NCBI GenBank assembly: GCA_963796315.1
Contig: CAWCLH010000019.1
Span: 144,048-208,047, forward strand
Direction: 5' to 3'
Origin: an uncultured Actinomycetota bacterium
GTDB taxonomy: Bacteria > Actinomycetota > Thermoleophilia > RBG-16-64-13
DNA: 64,000 nt
The position numbers and the translations under genes were made by a program. Below the pieces are notes generated by a model, which made no database searches, had not been told where the DNA came from, and saw only the letters and a program-made list of their open reading frames with translations. Shown piece by piece: positions 61,518 through 64,000 of this stretch (the stretch's first letter is position 1; the number at the start of each line of letters is the position of its first letter).

Positions 61518-62871
61518 ACAGGACCACGTGGCGGATCGTGAGCCTGGCCGCCGACGCAGTCGCCGTCAACGTCGCCATCGTCCTCGCATTCATCATCCGC
61601 TTCGGGTGGCCCATCCCAGCGTTCAACTTCGGCGCGTACCAGCGCGTGATCGTGCCGCTGACGGTCGTCCAGATCCTGGTCTTCTTCGTCGTCGACCTGT
61701 ACGACCCGATGGCGAGCCGCTCCGGTCCGGAACTCCTGGGGACGGTGGCGAAGGGGGTCTTCCTGGGGACCTTCGTGTTGGTGACCCTCAGCTTCTTCCT
61801 TCGCGCGTTCGCCTTCCCCCGGACGGTCATCCCGCTTGTCTTCGTGGCCCAAGTAGTGTTGGTGTGGGGCTGGCGGCGGATCGCGGCCAAGCTGTTCCAC
61901 GTCCACTGGCCGGAACGCCGCGTGGTCCTGGTCGGGTCGTCCCGCGACGCCCTGGCGGTGGCCGAGCGACTGGGAGAGCTGTCGTCCTGGGGGTACCGCC
62001 TGGTGGGCGTCGTCTGCGACGACTGCGACGTGCCGCGGTGGGCTGCGGACGGGGTCGAGTGGCTCCCGTCTCGGGCGGAGCTGCCGGAGCACCTGGAGCG
62101 GCTCTCGCCGGACCAGATCATCGTCACCACGCCTTCCCAGCACCGCGAGATCCTGGAGGAGATCACCCTCAGCCATCGTTTCGAGGGAGATATCTTCGTC
62201 ATCCCCCAGGTCTACGAGATCCACCTGGGGGAGGTGAACTTCTCGCTGCTGCAGGATGTTCCGCTGCTTCGGTTGACCCGTCCCGCCCGTCCGGCGTGGC
62301 AGCAGGGAGTCAAGGTGGTCGTGGAGCGGGTGATGGCCGCACTGCTCCTGGTGCTTCTGTCGCCGCTGCTGTTGGTGATAGCTCTGGGCGTGCGCCTGAC
62401 CTCTGGGGCACCGGTCTTCTACGCGCAGGAGAGGCTGGGAAAGGACTTCCGTTCGTTCCGGTTGTTCAAGTTCCGGACGATGGTGCCCGACGCGGAGGAG
62501 GACGGCCCGGCCCTCGCCAGGGAGGACGACCCGCGGGTGACCCCATCGGGCGGCTGCTGCGTTCCGCCCGGCTGGACGAGCTCCCGCAGTTCCTCAACGT
62601 CGCTCGCGGTGAGATGAGCTTCGTGGGGCCGCGCCCGGAGCGCGGTACTTTCGTGGAGCGGTTCCTGCGGGAGGACCCGCTCTACGAGGAGCGGTTCCGA
62701 GTCAGGCCGGGTATCACCGGCTTGGCTCAGGTGAGCGGTTCGTACGGGACCACGCCGGCGGTCAAGCTCCGGTTCGATCTCATGTACGTCTACCATCAGT
62801 CGCTCGCGCTCGACCTGCGCATCCTTGCGCGGACGATGCAGGTCGTGCTGACCGGCCGAGGGTCCAGGTAG
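61514..62871 (+). CDS. polyprenyl-phosphate hexose-1-phosphate transferase (WbaP/EpsB-type priming sugar transferase); -1 frame change at the C run 62541-62544
   Basis: N-terminal TM bundle followed by a Rossmann-like VVLVGSSRDA. Catalytic domain: LLLVIALGVRLTSGAPVFYAQERLGKDFRSFRLFKFRTM. The other frame then reads IGRLLRSARLDELPQFLNVARGEMSFVGPRP. Confidence 0.85.
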
Positions 62872-62950
62872 CGTGTGGAGGCTCCCCTCTACTGCCGCCT
62901 CGACGTGATGAGAGTAGACCATGCCCCACGGCGGCTCGGATCGCTAGTGC

Positions 62951-63953
62951 TTGGTCTCCGAAGAGTCTCTCGTCGGCGGCTGTCTGCTCCTGCTGGGCGT
63001 CGTCCTGGGTCTGTCCCTGGTCGGGGTACTCGTCCTCTTCTCCGCCACCCGAGGTCCGTCCGAGACGGGCAAAACGCCGCCCGCCTCCGGTCCCCCCGGT
63101 GCCCCGGTCTTCGCCTTCGCCGTGGAGGCCACCGGCAGCGGGTCGTTCCGCCCGCGAGGCGGGGTGCTGGTGGGCGACCGGCTCTTCGTCGCGGACAGCG
63201 AAGGAGCTCGCCTGGCGGTGGTCGACATGACTCGCGGGGAAGACGCCACCTTCGAGTTCATCCCCATCGCGTTCGACCGGCCCGGCGTCGGCTTTCCCGC
63301 CCGGCCCCAACCGGTCGGCGTGGCCGTGATCCGCGACGGCTCCCTCCTGGTCACCGATCCGGCCAACGGACGCCTCTGGAAGATCACCCAGGACGGGACC
63401 CTGTTGGGAGAGTTCCCCGATCAGGCGGAGCGCGAGCGTTCCGAGCTTCGCAAACCGGTCGGGATCGCGGTGCGGGGCGATCAAGTCTACGTCACCGACG
63501 TCGCCGATCAACGGATCAAGGTCTACTCCGACACCGGCCGTTTCCTGCGGACGCTGGGTGGTCCCGGGTACCTGCCCGGACAGTTGGCGTATCCGAACGG
63601 GGTCGCCGTGGACAAGCCAGGGGCGCGTCTGGGTGGCCGACAGCAACAACCGGCGCGTCCAGCTGCTCGATACCGACGGTCAGCCACTTCGCGTCATCGA
63701 AAGGGTCCAGCCCACCGTCCCCTTCGACCTGCCGCGTTCGGTCGCGCTCGATCGGTACGGCCGGATCCACGTGGTGGACACCTTCGGCCAGGCCGTTCAC
63801 GTCTTCGACCCCGACGGCCGCCTGGTGCTGAGCTACGGACAGCGCTCCGGTACACCCGACCGCGTCCGGCTACCGGAGGGGGTGGCCATCGATGCAGATC
63901 ACCTGGTGGTCAGCGACACCGGCAATCATCGCGTCCTCGTCTACACGTACTAG
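62951..63953 (+). CDS. membrane-anchored NHL-repeat (six-bladed beta-propeller) protein; +1 frame change at 63617-63618
   Basis: - TTG 62951; TM helix LVGGCLLLLGVVLGLSLVGVLVLF.
- NHL-like repeats: RPRGGVLVGDRLFVADS, PVGVAVIRDGSLLVTDPANGRLWKI, PVGIAVRGDQVYVTDVADQRIKVY.
- The next frame then reads GRVWVADSNNRRVQLLD...HLVVSDTGNHRVLVYTY. Confidence 0.75.
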
Positions 63954-64000
63954 CTACTCCACGTTCAGGCCGAGGATCAGCAGCTGGTCGCTGGCGCGGG

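Noticed and set aside
63954-64000. A possible 3' end of a minus-strand gene (...DQLLILGLNVE-stop) at the window edge
   Set aside because: Only about 15 codons are visible, which is too short to support a call.

Overview
The window is GC-rich by eye (G+C not computed) and looks like bacterial chromosome. No rRNA, tRNA, CRISPR array, transposase or integrase was recognised. Gene content points to an Actinomycetota-like monoderm: a dnaK-hsp20-grpE-dnaJ-hspR operon, plus ino1 with a PIP-synthase-like gene and a PimA-like glycosyltransferase.

Layout:
- 0-10 kb: envelope and inositol-lipid genes, a UDG-like gene, a presenilin-like membrane protein, an rRNA methyltransferase and a DMT transporter.
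- 10-21 kb: two tandem cNMP-binding-like genes, clpB, a class A PBP and the HspR heat-shock operon.
- 21-31 kb: mixed small genes, a degenerate GGDEF-EAL protein, a SurE-HAD fusion, ligA, a 3D-domain wall protein, a CpaF-like ATPase and RidA.
- 30.9-36.8 kb: a Moco-riboswitch-like leader with terminator, a Mo/W-type ABC permease and ATPase, and Moco biosynthesis genes, several of them fused.
- 37.0-44.9 kb: a CcsA/HemX-like gene, sirC, hemA, hemC, cobA-hemD, hemB and an AhbD/NirJ-like radical SAM gene.
- 45-48.5 kb: a coiled-coil NlpC/P60 hydrolase, a PIN-TM-TPR protein and small membrane proteins.
- 48.8-58.0 kb: the standout feature. It is a ten-gene operon of eight multihaem c-type cytochromes (75 CxxCH plus 2 Cx4CH motifs counted by eye) and two dihaem cytochrome b subunits. 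I read it as a candidate membrane-to-surface electron conduit.
- 58.2-64 kb: a GGDEF cyclase, a DUF4388 protein, glycosyltransferases, a priming sugar transferase and an NHL-repeat protein.

Major caveat: at least 15 conserved genes or domains only read through if single-nucleotide frame changes are allowed. Many of these sit at short G/C runs, so the assembly is probably indel-prone. Many long ORFs in the supplied track are antisense or frame-composite artefacts.
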